Shown in pieces: positions 1 through 9,461 of a stretch of DNA of 64,000 nucleotides. The notes below the pieces were generated by a model. It did no database searches and was not told the DNA's origin. It saw only the letters and a list, made by a program, of their open reading frames with translations. Source of the DNA: an uncultured Candidatus Saccharibacteria bacterium (GTDB taxonomy: Bacteria; Patescibacteriota; Minisyncoccia; Phycocordibacterales; UBA9973); the NCBI GenBank assembly GCA_964591665.1, contig CAZQCV010000001.1:178-64177 (forward strand), given 5' to 3'. A program made the translations under genes and the position numbers. The stretch's first letter is position 1, and the number at the start of each line of letters is the position of its first letter.

Positions 1-6
1 AATTGC

Positions 7-1572
7 ATGAAAGAACTCAAACCAAAATATTTTCTATACGCGCGAAAATCCACTGAAGATGACGATCATCAGATAATGTCTATTGAGGCACAACTTTTTG
101 AATTACGAGAATATGCGCGTAGAGAGAATCTTGAAATTCTTGATGAATTTCAAGAGTCGAAAAGTGCAAAGAAACCTGGTCGTGAACTTTTTAATCAAAT
201 GATGGCCCGTATTGAAAATATGGACGGCGTAGGTATTCTCGCGTGGCACCCTGATAGACTTGCTCGCAATAGTGTAGACGGCGGGCGCATCATTTACGCA
301 GTAGACACGACCAAAATAGTTTCTTTGCGATTTCCGACATTTTGGTTTGAGCCAACTCCGCAAGGGAAATTCATGTTGCAGGTGGCTTTCGGACAATCTA
401 AATATTATTCCGATAATCTTGTTGAAAATATTACACGCGGAATCCGCCAAAAAGTGAGACGAGGAGAATGGCTCGTGCGTGCGCCCTTTGGCTATATGAA
501 CAATCCGAAAACGAGAAATATTGAACCTCATCCGACCAAATCTCGTATTGTGGTAAAAGCGTTCGAAGAATATGCTAAAGGGACGCACACTCTCGACTCG
601 ATTTCTCACTTTTTGGCGGATCATGGCGTATCTACAAATGGTAAGCCACCTGCCAAAGCTTCCGTCGCTAAAATGCTCACGAGTCGCGCATATCTCGGAT
701 TTACACATCACAAAGGTGAATGGTATGACGGAAGCTTTGAGCCAATTATTTCTCCGACACTTTTTGAAGCAGTCCAAAAAATGCTTGCGAAAAAATCTCG
801 CCCAGTTAAACGTAAGGAGGCAAATCATTTCCCTTTTTCACAATTTGCAAGATGTGGTGAGTGCGGAAGTATGATTACGGCTCAATATGCCACTAATCGT
901 TTTGGTACTACCTATACATATTATCGTTGCACAAAAAAGAAAGGTGTTTGTCATCAGCCGTATCTATCTTCTTCCGCACTCATTTCGCAAGCAAAACATC
1001 TGCTTCAATCAGTGTCGCTTCCTCTTTCAGAAATTGAGAATATGGAAAAACAAATTGATATATGGGAAAAGGAAACAATTTCCGAAAGAGGAAGTGTTGC
1101 CCAAAATCTTAAAACCAAACTTTCCGAGACGAAGGAGAGATTAGACAAACTCGTTTCTTTATACTTAGACGGAGATATTGAACGAGAAATATATTTGCAC
1201 AAGAAAGATACTCTCCTTCGTCAGAAAGCAAAGTTTGAGGAAAGTTTTAAGGATTTTGAACAACAGAGAAAAAATTGGATCGAACCCTTGCGGAATTTCA
1301 TTTTGTCCTTGAAAGAAGCCATTTATTTGGAAAAAACCGAAAATTATTTAGAATGGAAAACTTTTTTCCAAAAAATCGGCTCTAACCCTGAAATCAAGGA
1401 CAAAACGCTTTCATGCAATTGGGGAGAGCTTTTTGAATTCACGGCTTCCGCCGTAGGCGGAAAGGGTTTGGAAAAATATGATAGCGCGATTTTGGCTCCC
1501 GCAAAATCGCTCCGCATTTCTAATTTTGCCGATGTATCTTTGGGTGGACTCAAGATTCTTTTCTTGGAATAG
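7..1572 (+). CDS. large serine recombinase (resolvase/invertase N-domain + recombinase domain + zinc-ribbon)
   Basis: N-terminal YARKSTEDDDHQIMSIEAQ matches the catalytic Ser motif of the resolvase family. The central recombinase domain and the Cys cluster CGECGS...YYRC (zinc ribbon) are typical of large serine recombinases. Confidence 0.85.
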   Translation: MKELKPKYFLYARKSTEDDDHQIMSIEAQLFELREYARRENLEILDEFQESKSAKKPGRELFNQMMARIENMDGVGILAWHPDRLARNSVDGGRIIYAVDTTKIVSLRFPTFWFEPTPQGKFMLQVAFGQSKYYSDNLVENITRGIRQKVRRGEWLVRAPFGYMNNPKTRNIEPHPTKSRIVVKAFEEYAKGTHTLDSISHFLADHGVSTNGKPPAKASVAKMLTSRAYLGFTHHKGEWYDGSFEPIISPTLFEAVQKMLAKKSRPVKRKEANHFPFSQFARCGECGSMITAQYATNRFGTTYTYYRCTKKKGVCHQPYLSSSALISQAKHLLQSVSLPLSEIENMEKQIDIWEKETISERGSVAQNLKTKLSETKERLDKLVSLYLDGDIEREIYLHKKDTLLRQKAKFEESFKDFEQQRKNWIEPLRNFILSLKEAIYLEKTENYLEWKTFFQKIGSNPEIKDKTLSCNWGELFEFTASAVGGKGLEKYDSAILAPAKSLRISNFADVSLGGLKILFLE

Positions 1573-1629
1573 ATTTGCGGTAGAACTTGAATATTTGGTG
1601 TATATTTTAAATAAAATATAATAAACTCA

Positions 1630-2334
1630 TTAAGTCCTAATATATTTAACAAACTCTTTGCCCAATTCCGAAATCCTAAAGTGACCATTTCCATTATAAC
1701 TTGTACCCGCATCCTCTTTAAGTAACCCAACACCAACTAAATAATTAAGCTTTTCAAAAGTGTATTCATCATCTTTAAATTTTTCAAATCCTTTCATTTC
1801 ATAAAGTATAAATTGACCATATTGTTTAACATTCAATCCACGTTTTAGTTCGTGAATGAGTTGTTCAGGACTATATACGCCTCCTTTCTGTAACCATTTT
1901 TCGACAGTTCCATCAATCCAGATTTTTACAATTTCTATATCTTCGACAGAGACTATGCTTAAAATATTTGATATTTTTTCTAGTTCAAAATTTTCTTTAT
2001 CTTGGCTATCTATAAAACCCAGCAATATTCCTAATATTGCCTCTCTTTTTTTGTCGTTTCTTTCATTTAAATATTGTTGAAATGAAAATATAAAAGCTTC
2101 TTGAACTTGTTCATTTTGAAGTGTTTTACCTGTGAATTTATCAACATTCGTTGCTATATGTTTAAAAAACTCATTTGAGCGTTTTTCTTTAACTTTGACA
2201 ATCCCACCAAATATGGACTTACAGACAACATACAGGGCTTGTGCCTCAAGTGGTAAAGAATTCCAAACAAGCAACTCAGTTGAGTTGATCGTAAGATCTT
2301 TACTTATATTGACTGCAATTTGATTAAGATCCAT
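1630..2334 (-). CDS. hypothetical protein (third gene of an AT-rich 3-gene operon)
   Basis: 234-aa ORF on the same strand as the two upstream ORFs, with a 10-nt overlap onto the 2324..2830 ORF. No motif recognised. Very AT-rich codon usage compared with the core genes. Confidence 0.5.
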   Translation of the reverse strand: MDLNQIAVNISKDLTINSTELLVWNSLPLEAQALYVVCKSIFGGIVKVKEKRSNEFFKHIATNVDKFTGKTLQNEQVQEAFIFSFQQYLNERNDKKREAILGILLGFIDSQDKENFELEKISNILSIVSVEDIEIVKIWIDGTVEKWLQKGGVYSPEQLIHELKRGLNVKQYGQFILYEMKGFEKFKDDEYTFEKLNYLVGVGLLKEDAGTSYNGNGHFRISELGKEFVKYIRT

Positions 2335-2830
2335 GATTATTTTCTTTATTCCATATTTCTAAAAAGTCATTAATATCAGAATGAATATTTAACTCTACTG
2401 ATTTAACTTCTGGTTTATCTGTATCTTTCTGTTCTTCATTATAAAACAAATACATTACTTTTTTAAAATTCTCTGAAACTTTATATAACATAAAATTATA
2501 TTTAATTTTTTTATTAAAAACTAAATCATTCCAGTCATGGGCAAAGACATTTCTGGGAATTTTTATATTTTTACTCTGTGACTTGTTTTTCTCAGTTATA
2601 TAGTAATAACTTGAAAGTTTTATATATAATAATTGAATATTTAATTCTAATTGTATCATATCCTGATTGGTCTGAAACAAATCCATTATAGTAAAATGAT
2701 TAATATATGAATTCGTTGAACTTAAAGAAGTATTTGTCAATTTAAAGAATAGTTCCCTTCCTTCAGTTATGAAAGAAACTAAATGTGCAATTTCTTGTTC
2801 CAGTCTTTTTTTATTTTTTAATCCAATCAT
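2324..2830 (-). CDS. hypothetical protein (middle gene of the 3-gene operon)
   Basis: 168-aa ORF lying 18 nt downstream of the 590-aa ORF and overlapping the next gene by 11 nt, which suggests translational coupling. No recognisable domain. Confidence 0.45.
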   Translation of the reverse strand: MIGLKNKKRLEQEIAHLVSFITEGRELFFKLTNTSLSSTNSYINHFTIMDLFQTNQDMIQLELNIQLLYIKLSSYYYITEKNKSQSKNIKIPRNVFAHDWNDLVFNKKIKYNFMLYKVSENFKKVMYLFYNEEQKDTDKPEVKSVELNIHSDINDFLEIWNKENNHGS

Positions 2831-2848
2831 TATGTTAGTTTGCTTATT

Positions 2849-4621
2849 TTAATCAATATGCTTACCAAAAACCGATTTATTTGAGAAGAAATTGGAAAAG
2901 TCTTTATTTTTTATAATCGGGTCTTTCTTTGTTTTATTAAAGACATATTCAGATAAACCATATGAGACACTATGGAACTTCGCCCTTTTAGTTATTGAAA
3001 TCCAATCTTTTGCAAATTCTTTTAATGCTGTACCTGAATCTTTTGGATCAAACAAACTCCATAATGTCTCCATATCATCCAAACACATAAATAAAGGAGG
3101 GTTATCTTGTAGATGTGTGAGGTTTTTTTGTACAATGTGTGTATTGTAGAAATCATTAAAATTATTAAATAATTCATCATCACCCAAGATATTTTCAGTT
3201 ACTAAAATTGGAATAATAGTTTTACCTTCAATTTGGTTATTTTCTATATACTGATTTAGCTTAAGCAACTTTCCTTTTTCTTTTTTCACGACTCTTGCAA
3301 GTGGATCATTTCTTCCTTCATTAAATAAAATAAGATATGCATCTTTAAGAAACTCCTCACAACTTGTATTATAAATTGAAGGTAAGCGATAATATTCAGT
3401 GGTAAATTCTATTATAAAAACAACATCATCTTGTATAATAACGGCATCTGCTCCAGAAGTTGCTCCAATCTGTATCTTGGATCCTTTGAAAATATTTTCA
3501 GTTAAAAATTGAAAATATTTCTCCATTAAACGTCCATACGATGATTTGAAACTTCGCAATTCACCTTTACTTTTTATACGCCAAAGCAATCCGCCACAAA
3601 CATTTTCAATAAGAAATTTTAAGTCAGTAATACAATATAAACCATCAGACATTTTAAAAATTGGATTATCAAAAAAAATTCTTATATTTTTATTAAATCC
3701 ATCTATTATATATTCTCTCTCTTCTTCTTCTAATATTGAAGTTTTAAGAGATTGAATATCTTTAGAGAGTATATCTATAATCCTCATAAAAGATGGATCT
3801 TTTTCAAAAAGCTCAGAACGAATATAGAATGAATCAGGATTTCTCCAATCAAATCCAAGTTTATCTTGACCATCAGGAAGTTGTATCTTGTCAGAAGTTG
3901 ATGGAATTTCTAAAAACCATATATATAAACCATGCAAAACTTTCATATATTCTGCAAGGGTAACACCTTCTTTCTCTTCAAAACTAGTAATACCTTTTTG
4001 TATTGTCTCTTTATCATGCTCCTCTAACTCAAGCAAGAGAGCTTCATAGCAATAAGCATAGCGTCTTATTCTACGTTTATAAATCATTGTCGAGACTTCG
4101 GGTAGATAGTAGTGTGGCCATTCTCTTATAAAATAATCTCTGAGAAACTTACCATTTTTATAATCTTGTTCTTTCTCCTCAATAGTAGTAATACTATTAG
4201 TTAGTAGCAATGCTTCAGAATATTTTTTCTGATTAGCAACGTGACTTTGCCCAATAAGCATCTGTGTACCAAATCTATCTTGTGAAATAACCTTAGTGAT
4301 AAGATTAAGTAAACTTTCTCTATGAAATAAGACTTTATGTGATAAATCTCTTTCGCCTTTTCGTAAAACATTGGATTCATACAGTAATCCAGCACCTTTT
4401 TCAATAGTTACTTCCGTTATAGAAGTCTGACATATCATATTAAGAAAACAACTAAATTGTATAAGTTGAGTAGGATCTATATTACTTAGAAGATATATTA
4501 TTTGTGTTTCAAAATCTGTCTCTGATTTTAAAATATCAATTGGAAATGTAATACCACCTTTTTCAAAAGTTTTAAATATTTCAGAATAATGAAGATAGGT
4601 AACTAATTTAGTTTCGCTCAT
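2849..4621 (-). CDS. hypothetical large protein (590 aa), possible degenerate PD-(D/E)xK-like segment
   Basis: Long uninterrupted ORF and first gene of the operon. The segment GADAVIIQDDVVFIIEFT weakly resembles a restriction-endonuclease-fold core (D...D/ExK) but has no Lys. Nothing else recognised. Confidence 0.5.
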   Translation of the reverse strand: MSETKLVTYLHYSEIFKTFEKGGITFPIDILKSETDFETQIIYLLSNIDPTQLIQFSCFLNMICQTSITEVTIEKGAGLLYESNVLRKGERDLSHKVLFHRESLLNLITKVISQDRFGTQMLIGQSHVANQKKYSEALLLTNSITTIEEKEQDYKNGKFLRDYFIREWPHYYLPEVSTMIYKRRIRRYAYCYEALLLELEEHDKETIQKGITSFEEKEGVTLAEYMKVLHGLYIWFLEIPSTSDKIQLPDGQDKLGFDWRNPDSFYIRSELFEKDPSFMRIIDILSKDIQSLKTSILEEEEREYIIDGFNKNIRIFFDNPIFKMSDGLYCITDLKFLIENVCGGLLWRIKSKGELRSFKSSYGRLMEKYFQFLTENIFKGSKIQIGATSGADAVIIQDDVVFIIEFTTEYYRLPSIYNTSCEEFLKDAYLILFNEGRNDPLARVVKKEKGKLLKLNQYIENNQIEGKTIIPILVTENILGDDELFNNFNDFYNTHIVQKNLTHLQDNPPLFMCLDDMETLWSLFDPKDSGTALKEFAKDWISITKRAKFHSVSYGLSEYVFNKTKKDPIIKNKDFSNFFSNKSVFGKHID

Positions 4622-4751
4622 ACGCTCTCATATAATACCATTTATACTTAAACTAATCCTAAACTAAGCAATAGATTTAATCTCAACTTTTTCAACAATT
4701 TTGAACATAGCAAGATCTCAAATCCTAGCTTTTCTTAGCACCCCTAAACTA

Positions 4752-5221
4752 TCAAACCTCTTTATTTTCAACATTTTTGACATATTTCTCTATGCTATGG
4801 TGCTTTATAACTGAACGCTCCCTTCCATCTCGTAAAACCTCTTGTACAAGCCTAGGAATGGTCTTAGGAAAGGTGGTAGATAAGGTAGAATATCCATATT
4901 TATAGCGTGTTGGTGTATACCAGCGTATAAGGAAGATAAGTGGTAATCCTGTCTTTCTAAGCGTATCTAAGCCTTGTACAAAGGTGGTAATAGGATCAAG
5001 GAGCATATAGGAATACTACAAGGTACGAGAATACAATCTATACCCTCTTCTACTGTCGGATTATTATAGCTTTCAGCATATGTTCGATCTGGATCATCTT
5101 TGTATTGTTCATAAAGGCTGAGATCTATGCTGATGTTGTTATATCCTTCTTTGTGAAGAAGTTGGATGGCATCGTGGAAAGAGTCTTCGTTATTTTCGAG
5201 TTCAATGTTGAGAGGTTTCAT
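4752..5221 (-). pseudogene. probable frameshifted gene remnant (two overlapping 84-aa ORFs in different frames on the same strand)
   Basis: ORFs 4967..5221 and 4752..5006 are collinear on the minus strand and overlap by 40 nt in different frames, consistent with one ~150-aa gene broken by a frameshift. Product unknown. Confidence 0.3.
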
Positions 5222-5255
5222 GAGCTCGTTCCTAAATACTAAAGCACTTATAAAA

Positions 5256-6140
5256 TTAGTAACATTGAGTCCTTAAATCACCAACCACCGTTTTACTAGT
5301 TGTACAATCTAGAGAATACAAAGAAGGTATTGAAGAAGGCGGTGTTGCAACAGGGGTGACTGTTGGTAACTTACTGGATGAACTATAATGACTTGATAAA
5401 CCAGCCATTATTCCATCTTTAGTAGTTTTCATTTTTCTTGAAGCAACAGACCATTCTTGACTTAATGCAGTTAATTTGGACAGTTGGTCTTTGTATGACT
5501 GTATTTTTTGTTTTTGAATCTCTAGTTGCTCAATACTATTAATTTTATGTAAGTCATTAGTAAAATATGCCTGTTCAGTTTTTAATCTAGATAGCTCAGC
5601 TTGAATAAACTTTCTTGCCTTTATTTCATCTTTGTAAAAATCTATTTGTTGCTGGTCTATTTTAGTAATATAATCCATTAAATAAATAGAATTTGGGTCT
5701 CCTTTTTTAAAACCCTCTGAGAGATTGATATTATCCTCAAGATCTAAGATTTGCCGTTCCGTAGAATCAATGAAAAGACCTTCCAACGATTGCTGAGTAT
5801 TATAACTTATGATTTGTTTCGTGAAGAGATTAATTACTTCGTTACGATAGTTTGCTACGTCATCTGATTCTTTTTTCTCTAAACCTGCATTTTGAATTGG
5901 CAAATTTGTTTTATTCTTGGATGGTTTTATCACAGCAGATTCTTTAACAGGAACCTCTGAAATAATTTCTTTTTGATTAATGATTTTAGTTGATTCTTGG
6001 TTACTTTGAACTTGTGTAGTTTTTCTAAAAAACATATTTGGAAACCATGTAAAAGGATTCCACCATGAAGCAAAAACAAACTGAGGAATAAAAACTAAGA
6101 GCGTGACAACTAATGAGAATAAATATTTTTTGTTTTTCAT
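5256..6140 (-). CDS. secreted or membrane-anchored coiled-coil protein with Ser/Thr/Pro-rich C-terminus
   Basis: N-terminal hydrophobic segment LFSLVVTLLVFIPQFVFA (signal or anchor), a long heptad-like Q/E/K-rich middle, and a C-terminal SSSSKLPTVTPVATPPSS tract. Confidence 0.5.
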   Translation of the reverse strand: MKNKKYLFSLVVTLLVFIPQFVFASWWNPFTWFPNMFFRKTTQVQSNQESTKIINQKEIISEVPVKESAVIKPSKNKTNLPIQNAGLEKKESDDVANYRNEVINLFTKQIISYNTQQSLEGLFIDSTERQILDLEDNINLSEGFKKGDPNSIYLMDYITKIDQQQIDFYKDEIKARKFIQAELSRLKTEQAYFTNDLHKINSIEQLEIQKQKIQSYKDQLSKLTALSQEWSVASRKMKTTKDGIMAGLSSHYSSSSKLPTVTPVATPPSSIPSLYSLDCTTSKTVVGDLRTQCY

Positions 6141-6230
6141 AATAAGTCACTGGTTTTAATTAGTAAAATGCAAAAAGCCCACCACATAAGGGATGATAGC
6201 TTTCGCTACCCATACACCTTTCGATGTACG

Positions 6231-6279
6231 ACCAGTGACGGAAGCCCCCTATGATGATGGGTTCTTTACACGTCACTGG
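6231..6279. other. perfect 9-bp inverted repeat (CCAGTGACG...CGTCACTGG) forming a stem-loop in the relatively GC-rich divergent intergenic region
   Basis: Read directly: ccagtgacg at 6231-6239 and cgtcactgg at 6271-6279 with a 31-nt loop. It sits in a local GC-rich patch within an otherwise AT-rich spacer. Confidence 0.3.
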
Positions 6280-6400
6280 ATTTTTCACCATGCCTCTATT
6301 ACTAAAGGTTTAGGCTACTACTTATTTGGTTGTAAGGATATTATATAAAAATTACCTTTAAAAAGAAAGCTTTTTAAGCTTAAAATAGACACTTTCTAAC

Positions 6401-6429
6401 TTGACAAAAAGGCAATTATAGTATATAAT
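6401..6429 (+). promoter_or_regulatory. consensus sigma70-type promoter (TTGACA-17nt-TATAAT)
   Basis: TTGACA at 6401-6406, a 17-nt spacer, and TATAAT at 6424-6429, about 40 nt upstream of the helicase start codon at 6468. Confidence 0.5.
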
Positions 6430-6467
6430 ATAGCAAACCAACAATTTACAAAAGAAAATAAAATTAT

Positions 6468-8456
6468 ATGTATACAGAAACTCTTAATTCACAGATTAAG
6501 CCAGTCCCCTTTCAACTTTATGATTACCAAAAACCAATCGTAAAGAAAGCCTTAGATACTATTCTTAAAGGAGAAAACGGATTGATAGTACAGCCAACTG
6601 GAACCGGTAAGACGGTGGAAGCGGCCTTTATAGCTCGTGCATGTATCCTTCTTCATAAAAAAAGAGGTTTATATGTTTACGATGCTAATGATGGGCTCGA
6701 ACAAGCCCGAAAAAAGTTCGAAGAGATATTCAATGGTAATGATATTTCCTGTGCTAATTTCTTTGGCTATGGAAAAGAAGACCATGTGCGTACTGCTAAT
6801 ATCGTATTTGCTTCGTATCAATCACTAAATCACTATAAGGAAAAAGCGTACAAAACGTTTGATCCAACTCATTTTGATTTTATCATTGTCAACGAAGCAC
6901 ACCACGGTGAAGCAGTTACCTACAAAGAAGTCATTCAACACTTTACCTGTCCTAAAATTGGTATGACTGCAGTACCTGAGCGACAAGACGGAAAAGACAT
7001 ACTTAACATATTCGATAAGATTATCCATGAGATACTTTTTGAAGAAGCTTTAGTAAAAGGTTGGATTGCACAAATAGAATATCATGTTCTATCGAGCGGT
7101 CTTTCAACCCAAAACCTAAAAGCAATATGTGAAGATGTCTTAGAAAAAGGCAAACGAATCACTATTAAACAGCTTAATGAATCAATTTTTGTTGAGAAGT
7201 TAGATAATGAAATCCTTGCCGAGATTCACAAGTATGCGTTTCCTGAAAATCGAGCACCACTTCAAACACTTATTTTTTGTGAAAACATCAGACATGCAGA
7301 ATACATGTTAACCATGTTAAAAGATTACAATAGAAGTGTTGATGTCGTGCATTCGAAAAAAGGTAAAACACATAACCGTAATGCAATCAGAGATTTTAAG
7401 GCAAAAAAGTTTCAGTTCTTGATTTCTGTTGACCAGTTAAATGAAGATATTGATATCCCACAAGTTGAGCTCGGAGTTTTTCTCAGAGCAACAAACTCAA
7501 AAAATATCTGGTATCAACAACTTGGAAGACTACTTCGTAGAACGAAACTTAAACAAAAAGCTATTGTCTTAGACTTTGTTGCAAATATTCAACGCTTAGT
7601 AGCTGTACAGGAATTATCCAAAAGAGTGGAAGAAATGGCAAAACTTCAGAAACCTCTAGTAGAACTATTACCTCTTGAAAAAGATGTAATAAATGTCTCT
7701 GGTGAAGGATTCAGTTTTGACTTCTCAGATTATACAGTTGATATTCTAAAAACCGTTGCTGCGATAAATAAGGGTAGATACTCTACTTATATTGAGGCAA
7801 AGGAAGCTACAGAGAAATTGAAAATCAAAAGTGGTATTGAATATTATGCTAGATATAAAGAAGATCCAGGGCTTCCTAGTGCTCCTAGTTTATTCTATAA
7901 AGATAAAGGTTGGCTAGGATGGGATGATTTTCTAGGAACATTTTATTCTACCTATGAAGAAGTTGTCGAAGCTGTAAGAAAACTGCAGATTAAAGATCAA
8001 ACTGATTATAGGTATCGTTACAAGGAAGATCCTAAACTTCATTCTGCTCCATATCTCTTTTATAAAGACAAGGGTTGGATAGGTTGGCCTGAGTTGTGCA
8101 ATGCACTTAGTGAAAGGAGAAAATTCTACACTTATGCTGAAGCAGTTGAGGTAGTAGCTAATCTTAAAATTAAGGATAGGATTGATTATAACGAGAAGTA
8201 TAAGCAAGATCGTAAACTTCCTCGTAATCCTCACTTTATTTATAAAGATAACGGTTGGATAAATTGGTTGCTATATCTTAGTAAATATTATGAGACCTGT
8301 GAAGAAGCCGCACAAGCAGCTAGAAAACTCAGGATTAAAAGCTCTGATGATTACAGATTACGATATAAAGAGGATGAAAAACTTCCGTGCAATCCAGATA
8401 GCTTCTACAAAAACGAAGGTTGGATAAATTGGCCTAAATTTTTAGGTAGAAAATAA
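6468..8456 (+). CDS. SF2 (DEAD/DEAH-like) helicase with four C-terminal tandem repeats
   Basis: Walker A QPTGTGKT, motif II VNEAHH, motif III TAVPE, motif VI QQLGRLLRR. The C-terminal ~220 aa is four repeats of ~54 aa with the signature Y..YKED.KLP..P..(F/Y)YKD.GWI.W. Confidence 0.8.
   Translation: MYTETLNSQIKPVPFQLYDYQKPIVKKALDTILKGENGLIVQPTGTGKTVEAAFIARACILLHKKRGLYVYDANDGLEQARKKFEEIFNGNDISCANFFGYGKEDHVRTANIVFASYQSLNHYKEKAYKTFDPTHFDFIIVNEAHHGEAVTYKEVIQHFTCPKIGMTAVPERQDGKDILNIFDKIIHEILFEEALVKGWIAQIEYHVLSSGLSTQNLKAICEDVLEKGKRITIKQLNESIFVEKLDNEILAEIHKYAFPENRAPLQTLIFCENIRHAEYMLTMLKDYNRSVDVVHSKKGKTHNRNAIRDFKAKKFQFLISVDQLNEDIDIPQVELGVFLRATNSKNIWYQQLGRLLRRTKLKQKAIVLDFVANIQRLVAVQELSKRVEEMAKLQKPLVELLPLEKDVINVSGEGFSFDFSDYTVDILKTVAAINKGRYSTYIEAKEATEKLKIKSGIEYYARYKEDPGLPSAPSLFYKDKGWLGWDDFLGTFYSTYEEVVEAVRKLQIKDQTDYRYRYKEDPKLHSAPYLFYKDKGWIGWPELCNALSERRKFYTYAEAVEVVANLKIKDRIDYNEKYKQDRKLPRNPHFIYKDNGWINWLLYLSKYYETCEEAAQAARKLRIKSSDDYRLRYKEDEKLPCNPDSFYKNEGWINWPKFLGRK
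7778..8447 (+). repeat. four tandem ~160-nt coding repeats inside the helicase gene
   Basis: Four peptide units beginning YSTYIEAKEA..., YSTYEEVVEA..., FYTYAEAVEV... and YYETCEEAAQ... . Each unit ends in YKDxGWIxW. Confidence 0.6.
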
Positions 8457-8486
8457 TTACAACACTTTTACATTAAATAACTAAAC

Positions 8487-8520
8487 CTGTCTATCTTAAA
8501 TGATAGGCAGTTTTTTATTT
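8487..8520 (+). terminator. rho-independent terminator after the helicase gene
   Basis: Stem ctgtctatc/gataggcag (one G-U pair), loop ttaaat, followed by TTTTTTATTT. Confidence 0.5.
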
Positions 8521-8582
8521 GTATTTTTACTTTATTTATTGTTGCACTGGAAAGCTTCCAAATAAAAAGGTAAAATATAGTT

Positions 8583-9341
8583 ATGAATGAGAAGCTTGTC
8601 GACGGACTCAAAAGACGGTTTGAGACAATAGAAAAGGCCCAATTTCGTGGCAATCAACATATTGCGTATGTAGAGTATTTTACTTTTATATTACAAAATC
8701 CCTTAACAACAACTACTGCTAAAGGCCTTCTACTTCAAGAGGGACATTTCTTAAATAAAAACCTTTTAAGCTATCTTTTTGCAACTTCAGTACTAACGGA
8801 TAATTACTCACTTATTTTAAAGGAGATTGACTATATTCAATCTTATATACAAGAGACGCTTGATGAAAAGAAAAAAGGGAAAGGTATAAAATTAACAGAG
8901 AAAGATGTACGTTCAATTGCAGAAAGAAATAACCAAAAGACTAATGAGCTTGAAAAAGAAACGGACCTGAATTTGTTAAATGTATTTCATCATAAACTCA
9001 TTGATAGATTGCATGGTATGGTAATTAAAATACCTTTAACTTTTTCTAAACTTAGAGGTATAGCTTTAGCGTCAGATCCAAGTAAATTTTATAAACCTGC
9101 AAATGGTTCTGACCGGCTTGAATATTTAAGTAAAATCATACAAAAGAAAGGTATTTCGATATTATCAAGGGATCTTTCTCAAAATGTAGGCAAAAAAAGA
9201 CACATTAACCAGATGATTATAGTAAGTACAGCAATCAAGAATATCAATGAAACCATAAAGAAGAAACTAGGCTTAAAACATAACGTCATTCTAAATAATG
9301 ATGGATATATGCTCAACACAGAAGACTATGATTTTTTGTAA
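8583..9341 (+). CDS. hypothetical protein (252 aa)
   Basis: ORF on the same strand between the helicase and the HTH protein. No recognisable motifs. Confidence 0.45.
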   Translation: MNEKLVDGLKRRFETIEKAQFRGNQHIAYVEYFTFILQNPLTTTTAKGLLLQEGHFLNKNLLSYLFATSVLTDNYSLILKEIDYIQSYIQETLDEKKKGKGIKLTEKDVRSIAERNNQKTNELEKETDLNLLNVFHHKLIDRLHGMVIKIPLTFSKLRGIALASDPSKFYKPANGSDRLEYLSKIIQKKGISILSRDLSQNVGKKRHINQMIIVSTAIKNINETIKKKLGLKHNVILNNDGYMLNTEDYDFL

Positions 9342-9461
9342 GTTAATTTGTAGTTAACGTTAATATCCTCTAAAAAAGCAATTAAAATATCGCTTTTTTT
9401 CTTTTACAAGTTAATAAAAGGCTAATATTTGCTAGAAAAAAAATATGCTTGAATAGAGTAT

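Noticed and set aside
103-828. 241-aa ORF antisense to the first serine recombinase
   Set aside because: No motifs. It is nested within a confidently identified recombinase gene, a typical antisense ORF in AT-rich DNA.
4622-4751. Repeated cctaaact words in the promoter region of the 3-gene operon
   Set aside because: There are only two short copies in very AT-rich DNA, which could easily be chance. It is noted but not claimed as an operator.
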